A DNA stretch of 63,801 nt, counting the filler, from Perkinsus chesapeaki ATCC PRA-425 (taxonomy: Eukaryota; Protista; Perkinsozoa), in NCBI GenBank assembly GCA_013115145.1. It is 8 parts of 8 records of this genome, joined end to end, with 100 filler letters (N's around TTAATTAATTAA, not from the genome) between each part and the next. Parts side by side here need not be neighbours in the genome. Positions count along the whole stretch, not along the records: positions 23,641 to 47,755 come from JAAPAO010000554.1; 7 more parts are not named here. One strand, written 5' to 3'. The notes below the pieces were generated by a model that was given only the letters and a program-made list of their open reading frames with translations, did not search any database and had not been told where the DNA came from. The first letter of the stretch is position 1. Each line of letters starts with the position of its first letter. Shown here piece after piece: positions 26,142 through 37,650 of the stretch. The position numbers and the translations under genes are program-made.

Positions 26142-26678
26142 CCAGTGCAGTTTCCGCAGCTAAGATTGTACTCTGGAGCTCTTCCTTGGCTTGGATTGCC
26201 CGCCTCCCGGACCCGGCCGCGGTGTGCTCGCTGCTCTCGTTGCGGTGAAGCGCTGCTCGCAATTGAACAATAGTGCGTCTCAGCTCCGATCGGTGAGTCG
26301 CGACGTCTTGGTCCAGTTTCTGAGACCCAAGAGTCGCAATCGAAGCTATTCATTGTCCCGGTGGCCACTATAATTTATAGACCACCTATCTGTCGAAGTA
26401 CATCGATGTACATCGCATGTCGATGTATGTTAAACATCGGAGTCATCAATCAATATCCAGCAGAATTTCGTCACTTATTTACAGAGCGGCGGCTACTTTA
26501 GCTTCGAGAGATTCCCCCCGAAGAGCTTCCACACCTCTAGATTAGCCCTGTGGAGATCTGAGAGCTCCTCGTGTTTCAGCAGCTGGTCCAATGCGGTGAA
26601 GCGTCGGCGACATAGGTAGCATATCAATCTCTGTGGGGCATCTGCAGGAGCCTGTGGTGGCGTAGATTGGGCTACCAA
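26142..26678 (-). CDS. Upstream exons with an RBM5/RBM10-type C2H2 zinc finger and a helical segment, probably part of the PP2C gene
   Basis: LICYLCRRRFTALDQLLKHEELSDLHRANLE matches the RBM5/10 finger pattern C-x2-C-RR-x-F...H-x-x-LS-x-LH-x-x-NL. A 40-nt GT-AG intron (26102-26141) joins ...ILAAETALG in frame to MLQENYEE of the PP2C exon. Confidence 0.6.
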
Positions 26679-27735
26679 CAGATGCAGTTGGCGTTCACCT
26701 CTATCGGCTTTACTGAAGGCGCTCCTTCAGTAATAGGCATTCCTGGCACGGGAATGATAGGCGCTGCAAATAATAACACCATAAGAACACAACTACGCCT
26801 GTTTGAAGCAACTGAAAATTATTATGGACAAATTTATCTCATACATGAGAGAACAGCGGCTCTGAAAAGGCCCCGAAAACACGGGAAGAGGTACTGCCCG
26901 GATTGAACGCGCGCGCAAGCACAAACAAATACGATTATCACCTCCACCGTGGAGCCTCCAAGAGTGCATGGATCCTTCACTCGAGGTCCTTCGTCAGCTT
27001 CCGTACACGTATGGAAGATCAAGAGAGCCTTGCCAAGAGCAAAACGAGGGCCGCTCGAAATATGAGCTCGGGATGTCAGTTTCTGTTATCGAGTAGTAAT
27101 TATTCATTCTGCGTAACTGGATCCATTGTACATGCGTGCAAAGCTAATTCCTCTCATGAGAGTAACTTAGAAGAGTAAGTAAAAAGAATCATCTGTTGAC
27201 TCCTTCCTCGTCTTGCATTCGTCCTTGTGAACGGAGAACAATCAACAACTTCGGAAACCTCGCTCCACGGGGCGCGTCGTGTCAGCGCTCCTTCGGAAAG
27301 CAGTGGCACAAGCTTTCTCGAGCATGTTGGGAACTGCCATTTGAAACTCTGGATTATCGCAGTTATAGGAGAGTAGCTTCCCGCATAAAATTTAGAAGCA
27401 ACGATGGATTGATGGTCTATGTGAATGATAATCTCAGATTGTTCACATCCATCAAACGTAGGATGTAGACAGTTCTACGCCTTCTCAGTGCAACATGTGC
27501 ACGCATGCGCAGCGTGGTAGCACAAAAAGTTGTACTGCTTTTAAGCATTTAGAACCCTCATTTAGTTGGTTTTGACCCATTGTCTCAGTATAGAGTGAGT
27601 CCTGCTAAGCTCTCTTGAAAACTCTCACAAGTTAGTTACAGTCTTGACTAGGCTAGTATGCCTTGGCTTATTCCAGTGGAGGGAGTCTAGGGAGCTTCTC
27701 TTAACCTTTATAAGCTCAGTCCAACATCATTTGCT

Positions 27736-28566
27736 ATGATGTTTGTCATGATGTTTCTCTTCCCCATCTGCTTCACGGTTATCTCCGCGGGTATGGTTGA
27801 TGAGCCTTTCGACATGGGTAAGTATAAATCATTGTTCACGATCACAGAGCACACGAAAGTGGTCGACATCACAATGAAGCATAACCGCAGACTCCAGTCG
27901 TCCCCGGGAGATACGCAGTCCTTCACTTACCCGGTGGGTTGTTCACCTTCTCAAAGGAGGTTCCTGGAGCAGTATTGTGTAGTCGGTACTTATACTATCA
28001 GTGGTACTGTTAATATCTCCCTCGACTTGCACATTTACGATGCGAACGACAACACTAAAACTGTTCTTCTCGGGATGTCCGCTTCGTTCAAGGATGGTAA
28101 TCCAACCGCTTTGAGCAGCCGTGCCAGTGGCTGTGCTGACTTGGTCGATCAGACGTTGTCCTATGGTAGCCTACGTGCTATTGTTCATGCCTGTATGTCA
28201 GGCGGTGGCACAGGGAAATATAATCCGGTAACTAAGCAGTTCACCATACCATCAAACATTTCGACAAATGTGATACTTCGTGGCTTTGGTCGCGATCTAA
28301 TAAATGATAAGTACACACTGACGGGATATTATTACTCCGGAGGTGACTTCGGTTTGGGAATGAACGCCTCCGTAGGGAGCCAAATGAAGAAAGAGGGTAT
28401 TTATGCTGGTAACCTCAGCTTCGGTGCGAGCTTCAGTACAGTTGCTAACAACCTCTTTGCTTGGCATACATTCGCTGGTGTAAGCTCTTCCGCGCAGCTT
28501 TTGGACTTCAGGCCGGCTTATGCATCCTACCCATTTGTCGACGTTATATTGAATGTGAAGCCCTAA
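27736..28566 (+). CDS. Secreted family protein, copy 1 (276 aa, intronless)
   Basis: Hydrophobic N-terminus, HNRRLQ motif, and high visible identity to the ORFs at 31227, 34261, 36832 and 43944. Confidence 0.9.
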   Translation: MMFVMMFLFPICFTVISAGMVDEPFDMGKYKSLFTITEHTKVVDITMKHNRRLQSSPGDTQSFTYPVGCSPSQRRFLEQYCVVGTYTISGTVNISLDLHIYDANDNTKTVLLGMSASFKDGNPTALSSRASGCADLVDQTLSYGSLRAIVHACMSGGGTGKYNPVTKQFTIPSNISTNVILRGFGRDLINDKYTLTGYYYSGGDFGLGMNASVGSQMKKEGIYAGNLSFGASFSTVANNLFAWHTFAGVSSSAQLLDFRPAYASYPFVDVILNVKP

Positions 28567-30332
28567 TCAGCCAACGAATGCCTGATACTCTCTACGATCA
28601 CATCAATCCCAGGCCCGAAGAGGCTCATATGAGAATGTAAATGCTTTGTTGTGGGGTGCTGCATCACAACCCCGTTCTAGAACAGATTGCTATGAACGAA
28701 GCCTTCAATGCGGCTTATCATTAGTCTTGACATTTTATGTGTTATACTTGCTTGATCGTCAGCCAAACGACTTAGCCCCACCCTCAGAATACTTGCGACT
28801 TGGAGGCAATTGTGAAGTTTACGAGCTTATTCCCAAGGGTGAGCTCTGAGCTCGGTCGAGAAGTTCGTTCCAGATTAACTCTCGCGCCTCGTATTTGCTC
28901 CATTCCGCGCGAATAACTCCTGCTTTGTTGAATATGATTTTTCGTCAATTCCGTAGGGCCGATGTCACATCAGCTTCTTCTCTTCTTCTGTTGAGTTACA
29001 TGTAGGCGAGTGCATTCAGGAGACATATAGCCTCACGGAAATGTGGTCCTCGGGGGTCAAAAGGTGTTCTTAGTGCGGAGATATTATAGAAATTTTGCTA
29101 GAAAATATGTTCGTGGGTCGACAGGAAATATCAAATACATTCCTTCTGGGCATAATATGTAATGTTCCTTCATGGCAGTCATGCACAGTGCATCGCGACG
29201 TTCCCGTCGGGTCGTATACTAGAACGCTCACAGCATCAGGTCCCTGGGCCTGCTCGAGGTGCGATAGTTCTGAAATTCTGCTGTGGCCTCGCCAGTGGCC
29301 AGCATAGGGGCCCAACCGCTTGGACACCCAGAGGTCGCAAACACTCGGGGGGCAGGGAAAAATTAGCCTGCCATGTACTCTCGCTTTCGCAACTTGAAGG
29401 AAAAAAACTTCATTCGTAAGCAAAACTTGATCTTCCTTTGAGCTATATCTCAACCTCTGAAGGTAGGGTATGCCTTCCCCTACCTCCTAATCCAAATGTC
29501 ATTATATTTCGTAGAGTTCCGAAAGTTCCGGAAGGTTTCGGATCGAAACTGTCGGGATATAGTTGAGCAAACAACTATAAATGACTTATAAACTAGTATC
29601 CATCAAGAGTTCATCATTTATCATTTATTAAGAGTTCATCAGCTGGTCGCAACCAAATAGAACGTTGCGACATCTCTTCACTCAATGTGGCCACTGGATG
29701 GAGATCGCGAAGTTACGCGACCGTGAAGCGAACAGCGACGAGTCGTAGATCCACTACTGCCACCGTCAACACAGCACGATGGACACTACCGCCACAGCTT
29801 GAACTTTGGGGATTTAGAAGCATGAAGTACAGTGGAGAGAAATGGAGACACAATGACACAATTTGCCATTGGGTCAACAGCGCACAATGCCAGTCTGGCA
29901 TTGCCAGAACACCCAATAGGTGCCCAGTAGGCTCTGTATTGATATCCGGACCCACGACAGGCACTGACTGACACAACTTTTCCGCGGCGCTGCGCAATAT
30001 TTGGTCACAATACTCTTTGTGCTGTAAGTGTGCACAAAGTGTTTCTATAACGTTAAGCTTGTAACCGTTTCGTGGCTATTACACTTATGAGTAAATTAAA
30101 TATGTCGTCATCTCTCTTTTATTTTCCTAATTATTTATGTCTTCCGGTATTTCTGCACAGGAAAAGCGCAGCTTCTCCGAGGTTGAAACCGTGCCAGAGA
30201 GTTGCACGGCTGTCGACGCGTGCGGAGACCGCGAGCAACACAAGGTGGTGCAGCACTGCGGGGGACTATGGCCTCGAAACCTGGACATGAAATGAGTTGG
30301 GCTGGGGGCTCAGCCTGAGCCTGAGCCGCTCA

Positions 30333-30455
30333 GGTTTGGCTACCCATGTGAACTATGAACTTCGCAGAGTCAAAGGCTTGTCAGGTATTTGTCCTAGCTT
30401 CGCTGCGAGGCCTTCGCAGAGAATCATCTCTTTTAACGATGTTTCTCTTTGCCGT
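30333..30455 (+). pseudogene. Remnant of the 5' flank and start of a family copy
   Basis: ggtttggct...cagagtcaaa...cttcgc...cgcagagaatcat...aacgatgtttctcttt aligns with 36301-36393, which precedes the truncated copy at 36376. Confidence 0.55.
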
Positions 30456-31226
30456 CAGCAGCCCTACACAAGTGGTAAGATGATCAAGTAACCCTTGCCG
30501 AGGCCACAACGTGGGGCCACCGAAAAGGTAAGTTTGTCAGTTCCTGTCATCGAATAACAATAAGTCATTATGCGCCCCGCTCCACTGTACATGCGTACAC
30601 ACCTAATTCTCTTGCGAGCGAAACGTGAGTTATAAGAAGCATCTGTTGACAACCTTCTTACCTTGCATCTGTTCTCCTGAATGAAGAGCAACCAACAACT
30701 TCGGAAGCCTCGCTCCCTGGGGCGCGTCGTGTCAACGCTCCTCTGGAAAGCGATGATACAAGTTTCCGCGAGTATGTTGGATACTGTCGTTATAAACTCT
30801 GAATAAGATTGCTGTTAGGACAAGAATTGTTCGTATAAAGATTTGCAAGCAATGATTGATTGATGGTCTATGTGAATGTTAATCTCAGATGGTTCACATC
30901 CATCAAACGTAGGATGTAGACAGTTCTACGCCTTCTCAGTGCAACATGTGCACGCATGCGCAACATGGTAGCACAATAAATTGTATTGTTTTTGAGCATT
31001 TACAAACCTCCTCCAGTTTGTATTGACCCATTGCCTCAGTAGATAGTGAGTCCTGCTGAGCTCTCAGGGATGTTCACTGACGTAGCTCTCCTGAGAGTCT
31101 CTCAGGAGTCTCAGTTAGTCTTGACTAGTCTAGTATGCCTTGGCAGCCAAGGCTTGGCTTATTCCAGTGGAGGAAGTCTAGGGAGCTTCTCTTAACCTTT
31201 GTAAGCTCAGTCCAACATCGTTCGCC

Positions 31227-32092
31227 ATGATGTTTGTCATGATGTTTCTCTTCCCTATCTGCTTCACGGTTATCTCCGCGGGTATGGTTGATGAGCCTTT
31301 CGACATTGATAAGTATAAATCATTGTTCACGATCACAGAGCACACGAAAGTGGTCGACATCACAATGAAGCATAACCGCAGACTCCAGTCGTCCACGGGA
31401 GATACGCAGTCCTTCACTTACCCGGAGGGTTGTTCACCAACTCGAAGGAGGTTCCTGGAGCAGTATTGTGTGGTCGGCACCTACACCACCAGTGATGCTG
31501 TTGATATCTCCCTCGACTTGCACATTTACGATGCGAACGACAACACTAAAACTGTTGTCCTCGGAATGTCCGCTTCGTTCAAGGACGGTAATCCAACCGC
31601 TATGACTCATAGCGGCATGGCTGCTCATAGCCTATGAGCAGCCATGCCAGTGGCTGTGCTGACTTGGTCGATGAGACGTTGTCCTATGGTAGCCTACGTG
31701 GTATCGTCAATGCCTGTATGGCGGCCGGGGGAGAAGGGCAATATGATCCGGCAACTAAGCAGTTCACTGCGCCAGCAAGCATCACCAGCAATGTGATTAT
31801 GCGCGGTTTCGGTCGCGATCTGATTAACGAGGATTATACTTTGACTGGATATTACCTTGCTGGCAATGAGTTTGGTATGGGTATGAATGCTACTATTAGG
31901 AGTCGAAGAAAGAGAGATGGTATCTATGATGGGACCCTTGGCTTCGATGTGAGCTTTGGTACAGTGGCCAACAACCTTTTTGCTTGGCATGCATTTGCTG
32001 GTGTACGCTCCTCCGCGCAGCTCCTGGACTTCAGACCAGCTTTCGCAAGCTACCCATTCCTCGACCTCATATTGAATGTGAATCCCCAATAG
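31227..32092 (+). pseudogene. Secreted family copy 2, frameshifted by a 32-nt palindromic insertion
   Basis: The ORFs 31227-31637 and 31634-32092 together span the full paralog. The extra 32 nt (31600-31631) are absent from the other copies. Confidence 0.9.
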
Positions 32093-34260
32093 GGCAGGGC
32101 GCAAGCACGTTTCAGTACATCAGTATTGTGGACAGTCGGCCTCTTCTTCTGAAGTATGATTTGAGGGTCTCTAGGCTGCTGCCTTGCGTGCCATATCCGA
32201 AGTCTTATTCCTATATGGAAAACATGATAAGAATGCCACCTCCAAGTATAGCCCTCGGTAGGAATACAAAACGGCATGTCATTTATTTTCTCTTTCTTGA
32301 AAAAGTTGTTCGGACCAGGTATCAATAAGCCAGATGTCAGTCATTATCATTATACCTTTCGAAAATCCTTAAAGGGCTCATGGGAGTTAGTGATCGCTTG
32401 TCTCTACCCCATTACTGATTCGCGTTTGGATACTCAATGCTAACTGCCGTCCGCTGATCCCATGGCGATACCTCCAATTGACTTCAGTGTGAATGACCAT
32501 CGCTAATATAAACAGTTAAGCAGCGTTTCACGAGACCAAGAAGCGCGGTGAGCGTGTTTGTCCATTTAGATAACTTCAGTTAGTCACGTGTCTCCACAAG
32601 GCATTCATTATTATTGCGCTTGAGTAAGCTGAGATGTAACGTCTGTTGGGAGGCTCAGACTGCACTCGCAAGGATTTCACCATTGTGAACGGAAAAGATA
32701 TTTGCCATTGGCATTTGACATTCGTATAAGTCATCTTTCGGCTCAGCCTAAGAAGATCCACTCCACAGCCGGCGTGCGGATGTGTCGTACATTGGGCGCA
32801 ATTACAGTGAGTGTAACGTGATTGAGTACTTATAATTAATCCAGATGCCGGTTCATTCAGGAGTCCTGAGTCAGGACTATTTGAGGACCGTCAAGATCCG
32901 ACTATGCTCAGTTTCGTTACTTAAAAATCTTAACAGTGGTGGGAGTTGGGAATCCCAAATTGGGGCTGAGTCGCCTGTCGGCTCTTCGCCAACAAGAGCG
33001 TCACCTTATCCCCGCATCACATGCAGAGTACTCCGTGTCTATTGCAACACAATATCTTTCTTCCAACAACATACCGGCGATCGAGACTTACATACCAACT
33101 GGCGTCGCCAGTCTGGCGAGCGACAAAGACACGTCACCCAGCGCACAATGCGGCACGGAGGTGTTGTGCTGTAAGCACTTATAGCACAATCAAGTGCTTG
33201 TAAGTAGAGCTTATCCCGCCTAGTATCCACCACAGACTGTCGTTCGAGACGGCCGACCTAAGCTCACAGGTTGCTTGTGGCAGGCTCTTCCAGACAGCTG
33301 AGCGTAAATGAGAGCATTGCTAAACAATGTCCGTACGGCGTGGAAGTCCGTTGCAACTTGTGAGCGCAGTAACTAGCCTGATCCTGAAGGCTACAGTGTA
33401 GCCGCTATACCTAGATTGTCCCGGAGTCCCGGACAATTTGTCCGCCTCGTGAATCTGGCAAATTGCCCATTGGAGTTCGGCAACTACTTTACTCCCCTGA
33501 CACCAAGATATGCTACGAAACGAAGACACCAGCAGCTGGCCCTGACGCTCGGGCTCAGAGCAGGGCAACCACTTGCGTTGGGACGGCGCGATGTATCAGA
33601 CGCACGTGCGCGCCCTGTACACATAAGCTGAAATATCTACAGACTACACGGCTTAACGGATACTATTATCCTATCATAGGATTCCTATGCGACCGATTAC
33701 TAACGGTGTTTTCATCGTTTGCAATGCAAGATCACCAAGATTGCATTCAGTTGACGATCAGCTTCAAGTTCAGAACTTGGCGAAGTACCCTCTGGAACGG
33801 AGGCGCCAGGGGGTCTGGTGTTCTTGACTCGAACACTGAAGAATGAGCTTCTAGTATTCGACGTTTACCGTTCATTCCAACTAAGTCTTCACATAAGATT
33901 GTCAACACCATTAAATGAGGAGCGACTCTGGATAATCATTAATGGGCTCGTCCATGATGGACGGTCCATCAGTCAGTCTTTGTCTCCATGTGTCTGCGTG
34001 CCGAGGCGCATGCGTGTTTTCGCGCGGGCCGAGCTTTGGTCGTTGTTTATCAAGTGTTAGAGCTGTAGGTAGGCTCTCGTGAATAGGTTAAGGGGCTTTA
34101 CTTTGTTGAATCCCGTAACCTATTGATACCTCCTCACTAATTTCAAGACCTTTATCCATCAGAGTTCAGTCCAGGCTGGCAATGCAACAACAGAGATGTT
34201 ATCATTGATGTGCATGTATTGCTATATTCCGAACTAGTTTCATTATTATTTCCCCTTATA

Positions 34261-35079
34261 ATGCGTCAACTTTTCCCCTTCTGCTTCGTGGTGAACTCCT
34301 TGGGCGTGGCTGGTGAGCCTCTCGACACTAATAAGTTCAAAACATTGTACACAATCACAGAACACACAAAAGTGGTCGACATCTCGATGAACCATAACCG
34401 CAGACTCCAACCCTCCTTGAGAGAGACGAAATCTTTCACTTACCCTGTGGGTTGTTTACCTGCTAGACGAAGGTTCCTGGAGCAGTATTGTGTGGTCGGC
34501 ACCTACACCACCAGTGATACTGTTAATATCTCCCTCGACTTGCACATTTACGATGCGAACGACAACACTAAAACTGTTCTTATCGGGATGTCCGCTTCGT
34601 TCAAGGATGGTAATCCAACCGCTATGAGCAGCCGTGCTAGTGGCTGTGCTGACTTGGTCGATCAGACGTTGTCCTATGGTAGCCTACGTGCTATCGTCAA
34701 TGCCTGTATGTCAGACGGTGGACCAGGGAAATATAATCCGGCAACTAAGGAGTTCACTGCCCCAGTGATCATCAGTAGCAATGTGGTTGTCCGCGGTTTC
34801 GGTCGCGATCTGATTAACGATAGATATAATTTGACGGGACATTACCATGCTGGCAATGAGTTTGATATGGGTATGAATGCGACAATTGGGACTCAAAGGA
34901 AGAGGGATGGTATCTATGATGGGACCCTTGGCTTCGATGTGAGCTTTGGTACAGTTGCCAACAACCTTTTTGCTTGGCATACATTTTCTGGTGTACGCTC
35001 CTCCGCGCAGCTTTTGGACTTCAGACCAGCTTTCGCATCCTATCCGTTCCTTGACCTCATCTTGAATGTGAAACCCTAG
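34261..35079 (+). CDS. Secreted family copy 3 (272 aa from ATG 34261)
   Basis: Paralog of copies 1 and 5; starts MRQLFPFCFVVNSLGVAG; the flanks are homologous to those of copy 5. Confidence 0.9.
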   Translation: MRQLFPFCFVVNSLGVAGEPLDTNKFKTLYTITEHTKVVDISMNHNRRLQPSLRETKSFTYPVGCLPARRRFLEQYCVVGTYTTSDTVNISLDLHIYDANDNTKTVLIGMSASFKDGNPTAMSSRASGCADLVDQTLSYGSLRAIVNACMSDGGPGKYNPATKEFTAPVIISSNVVVRGFGRDLINDRYNLTGHYHAGNEFDMGMNATIGTQRKRDGIYDGTLGFDVSFGTVANNLFAWHTFSGVRSSAQLLDFRPAFASYPFLDLILNVKP

Positions 35080-35699
35080 TAAAGGAGAGCACGAGTGTGG
35101 TTTTATTTGTTGTTTTTGCTCGGCAGTACTGCGACCCGCAATTTCCGGGCAATGACTTCCCTCAAGTACGAGACTCGTACTACGAGTGTACAGTCTTTAC
35201 ATCGCATCTCTGTCATTGTTTCCATATCGTAAGTCTTATTCAGACCGAATAAATGCGATAAGGTACTCGATGCCGCCTCAAAGTAAAACCCCTGCAGAAC
35301 TTGGCAAAATACGGCATGTCAGTTTTTTTCTTTTTGGCCAAGTTCTTTGTAACTGTTACAGTCGTTATTGAGTCTCGGTATATTCTTTGAAAAGATGTCA
35401 GTCACTTATCGTGAGTCGCTTGAGGCGGTACATTCAGCGACCACTGGTCTCGACCTCATCACTGATTTGCGTTTGAATGCTGAGTGCTAGCTGCGGAACC
35501 TGGGGATCTAAGCTTACTAACCAAGACTTGTTCAAATAAAAAACGTTGCGCCATCTCTTTACTTAGTGGGGCCCACTGAATGGGAATCGAATCGTTACGC
35601 GATCGTGGAGCGAGCAGCAACGGAGTATAAATACACTACTCCCATCGTCAACACAGTACGGTGGACAGCACTCAGCCTACTCCGCTCACTCTGAGTCAA

Positions 35700-36030
35700 G
35701 CAACGCCGCTGGAATATCGTCGAGTACACCACGTGGCGCCGCTCACTACTAGATGGCTCCTAATGACATAACCGCAGCCTTGGTGGGTAGACTTCTCAGC
35801 TGTCTTGTTTGATGGGAAGAGCTCGTGGGGTTAGGAAGGGCACGGATGCAGCCGCTTATCCCATTACTAATGCGAGTGGAAACTGTGCAATTCACCAGAT
35901 TACCGAGACTACTAAATAATCTCTTACTAATGGTCACTGACCATTGGTCAGTATTCGGCCAGGTTTTCCGCTGTCCCGAGGAGGAGAGATCAGGCATTGT
36001 ACATCGCCGTCCTCGCAGGGGCTTCACTGG
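35700..36030 (-). mobile_element. Possible decayed APE-type endonuclease of a non-LTR retrotransposon
   Basis: Stop-riddled frame MYNA*SLLLGTAENLAEY...EII...GCGYVIRSHLVV resembles the N-A-x-SL...II-x-x-SET...G-V-x-x-x-IR-x-x-L pattern of APE domains. Confidence 0.25.
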
Positions 36031-36375
36031 CGGTAGGCATGTGATGTTACCTCGAGGAGACATGGATGCTCCTAATATTTCCGCAATTTGTTAGTACTGG
36101 TGAAGCATCTGAGACATGAGTATCAGACTGACCTGTGAAGGGCACGGACTATGGAGCGTCTACAGGAGACTGCGGGCGTGAAAAATGGCAATACGCTTGA
36201 ACTTCGAACTTTAGAGATTTAGGAGCAGCCTGTTGTCGGTAGTAAAGTACTGATCCATAGCATTAAGGTCTGGTCGTGAAATAAGTTGACCTGGGTGCTA
36301 AGGTTTGGCTCACAGAGTCAAAAGCTGACCCTAACTTCGCTTCGAAGCCCTCGCAGAGAATCATTTCTTAGAACG

Positions 36376-36490
36376 ATGTTCCTCTTCCCCATCTGCTTCA
36401 TGGTTATCTCTGCGGGTGATGCTGATGAGTCTTTCGACATTGATAAGTATAAAGCATTGTACACGATCACAGAACACACGCAAGTGGTCA
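36376..36490 (+). pseudogene. Secreted family copy 4, 3'-truncated after about 38 codons
   Basis: MFLFPICFMVISAGDADESFDIDKYKALYTITEHTQVV, then an abrupt switch to sequence homologous to the upstream region of copy 3. Confidence 0.85.
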
Positions 36491-36831
36491 TATACAGTGA
36501 GGAGCTTATTGGGTGATCATTAGTGGGCTCGTGCATCAATCAGTCTTTGTCTCCGTGGCACTTTATGTGTCTGCGTGCTGAGGCGCACGCGTGTTTTGCT
36601 CGGGCCGAGCTTTGGTCGTTGTTTATCAACATAAGTATTAGGGTCGTAGGTAGGCTCTCATGGATAGTTTAAGGGGCTTTGGTTTGTTGAATCCCGTAAC
36701 CTATTGATAAGTCCTCCTCACTTTCAAGACCTTAGTGCTTCAGAGTTCAGTCCATGGTGACAATGCAACAACAGAGATGTTATCATTGATGTGCATGTAT
36801 TGCTATACTAGTTTCATTATTATTTCCCCTT

Positions 36832-37650
36832 ATGCGTCAACTTTTCCCCTTCTGCTTCGTGATCAACTTCTCGGGCGTGGCTGGTGATTCTCTCGACACT
36901 AATAAGTTCAAAACATTGTACACAATCACAGAACACACAAAAGTGGTCGACATCTCGATGAACCATAACCGCAGACTCCAACCTTCCTTGAGAGAGACGA
37001 AATCTTTCACTTACCCGGTGGGTTGTTCACCTGCCCAAAGGAGGTTCCTGGAGCAGTATTGTGTGGTCGGCACCTACACCACCAGTGATACTATTAACAT
37101 CTCCCTCGACTTGCACATTTACGATGCGAACGACAACACTAAAACTGTTCTTATCGGGATGTCCGCTCTGTTCAAGGACGGGAACCCAACCGCTTTGACC
37201 AGCCGAGGGCGTGGCTGTGCTGACTTGGTCGACCAGACGTTGTCCTATGGTAGCCTACGTGCTATCGTCAATGCCTGTATATCAGACGGTCAACCAGGGA
37301 AATATAATCCGGTAACTAAGGAGTTCACTGCCCCAGTGCTCATCACCAGCAATGTGGTTGTGCGCGGTTTCGGTCGCGATCTGATCAACGATGATTATAC
37401 TTTGACGGGACTTTACCATGCTGGCAATGAGTTTGATATGGGTATGAATGCGACAATTGGGACTCAAAGCAAGAGGGATGGTATCTATGATGGGACCCTT
37501 GGCTTCGATGTGAGCTTTGGTACAGTTGCCAACAACCTTTTTGCTTGGCATGCATTCGCTGGTGTACGCTCCTCCGCGCAGCTTTTGGACTTCAGACCAG
37601 CTTTCGCATCCTACCCGTTTCTTGACCTCATATTGAATGTGAAACCCTAG
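36832..37650 (+). CDS. Secreted family copy 5 (272 aa)
   Basis: Intact paralog, closest to copy 3, with about 300 bp upstream and about 400 bp downstream shared. Confidence 0.9.
   Translation: MRQLFPFCFVINFSGVAGDSLDTNKFKTLYTITEHTKVVDISMNHNRRLQPSLRETKSFTYPVGCSPAQRRFLEQYCVVGTYTTSDTINISLDLHIYDANDNTKTVLIGMSALFKDGNPTALTSRGRGCADLVDQTLSYGSLRAIVNACISDGQPGKYNPVTKEFTAPVLITSNVVVRGFGRDLINDDYTLTGLYHAGNEFDMGMNATIGTQSKRDGIYDGTLGFDVSFGTVANNLFAWHAFAGVRSSAQLLDFRPAFASYPFLDLILNVKP

Noticed and set aside
31694-32104. Antisense ORFs over the secreted-family genes (also 27708, 31178, 34711, 37282, 43931, 44520)
   Set aside because: They recur only because the sense genes are paralogous; their lengths are inconsistent and they carry no independent signal.
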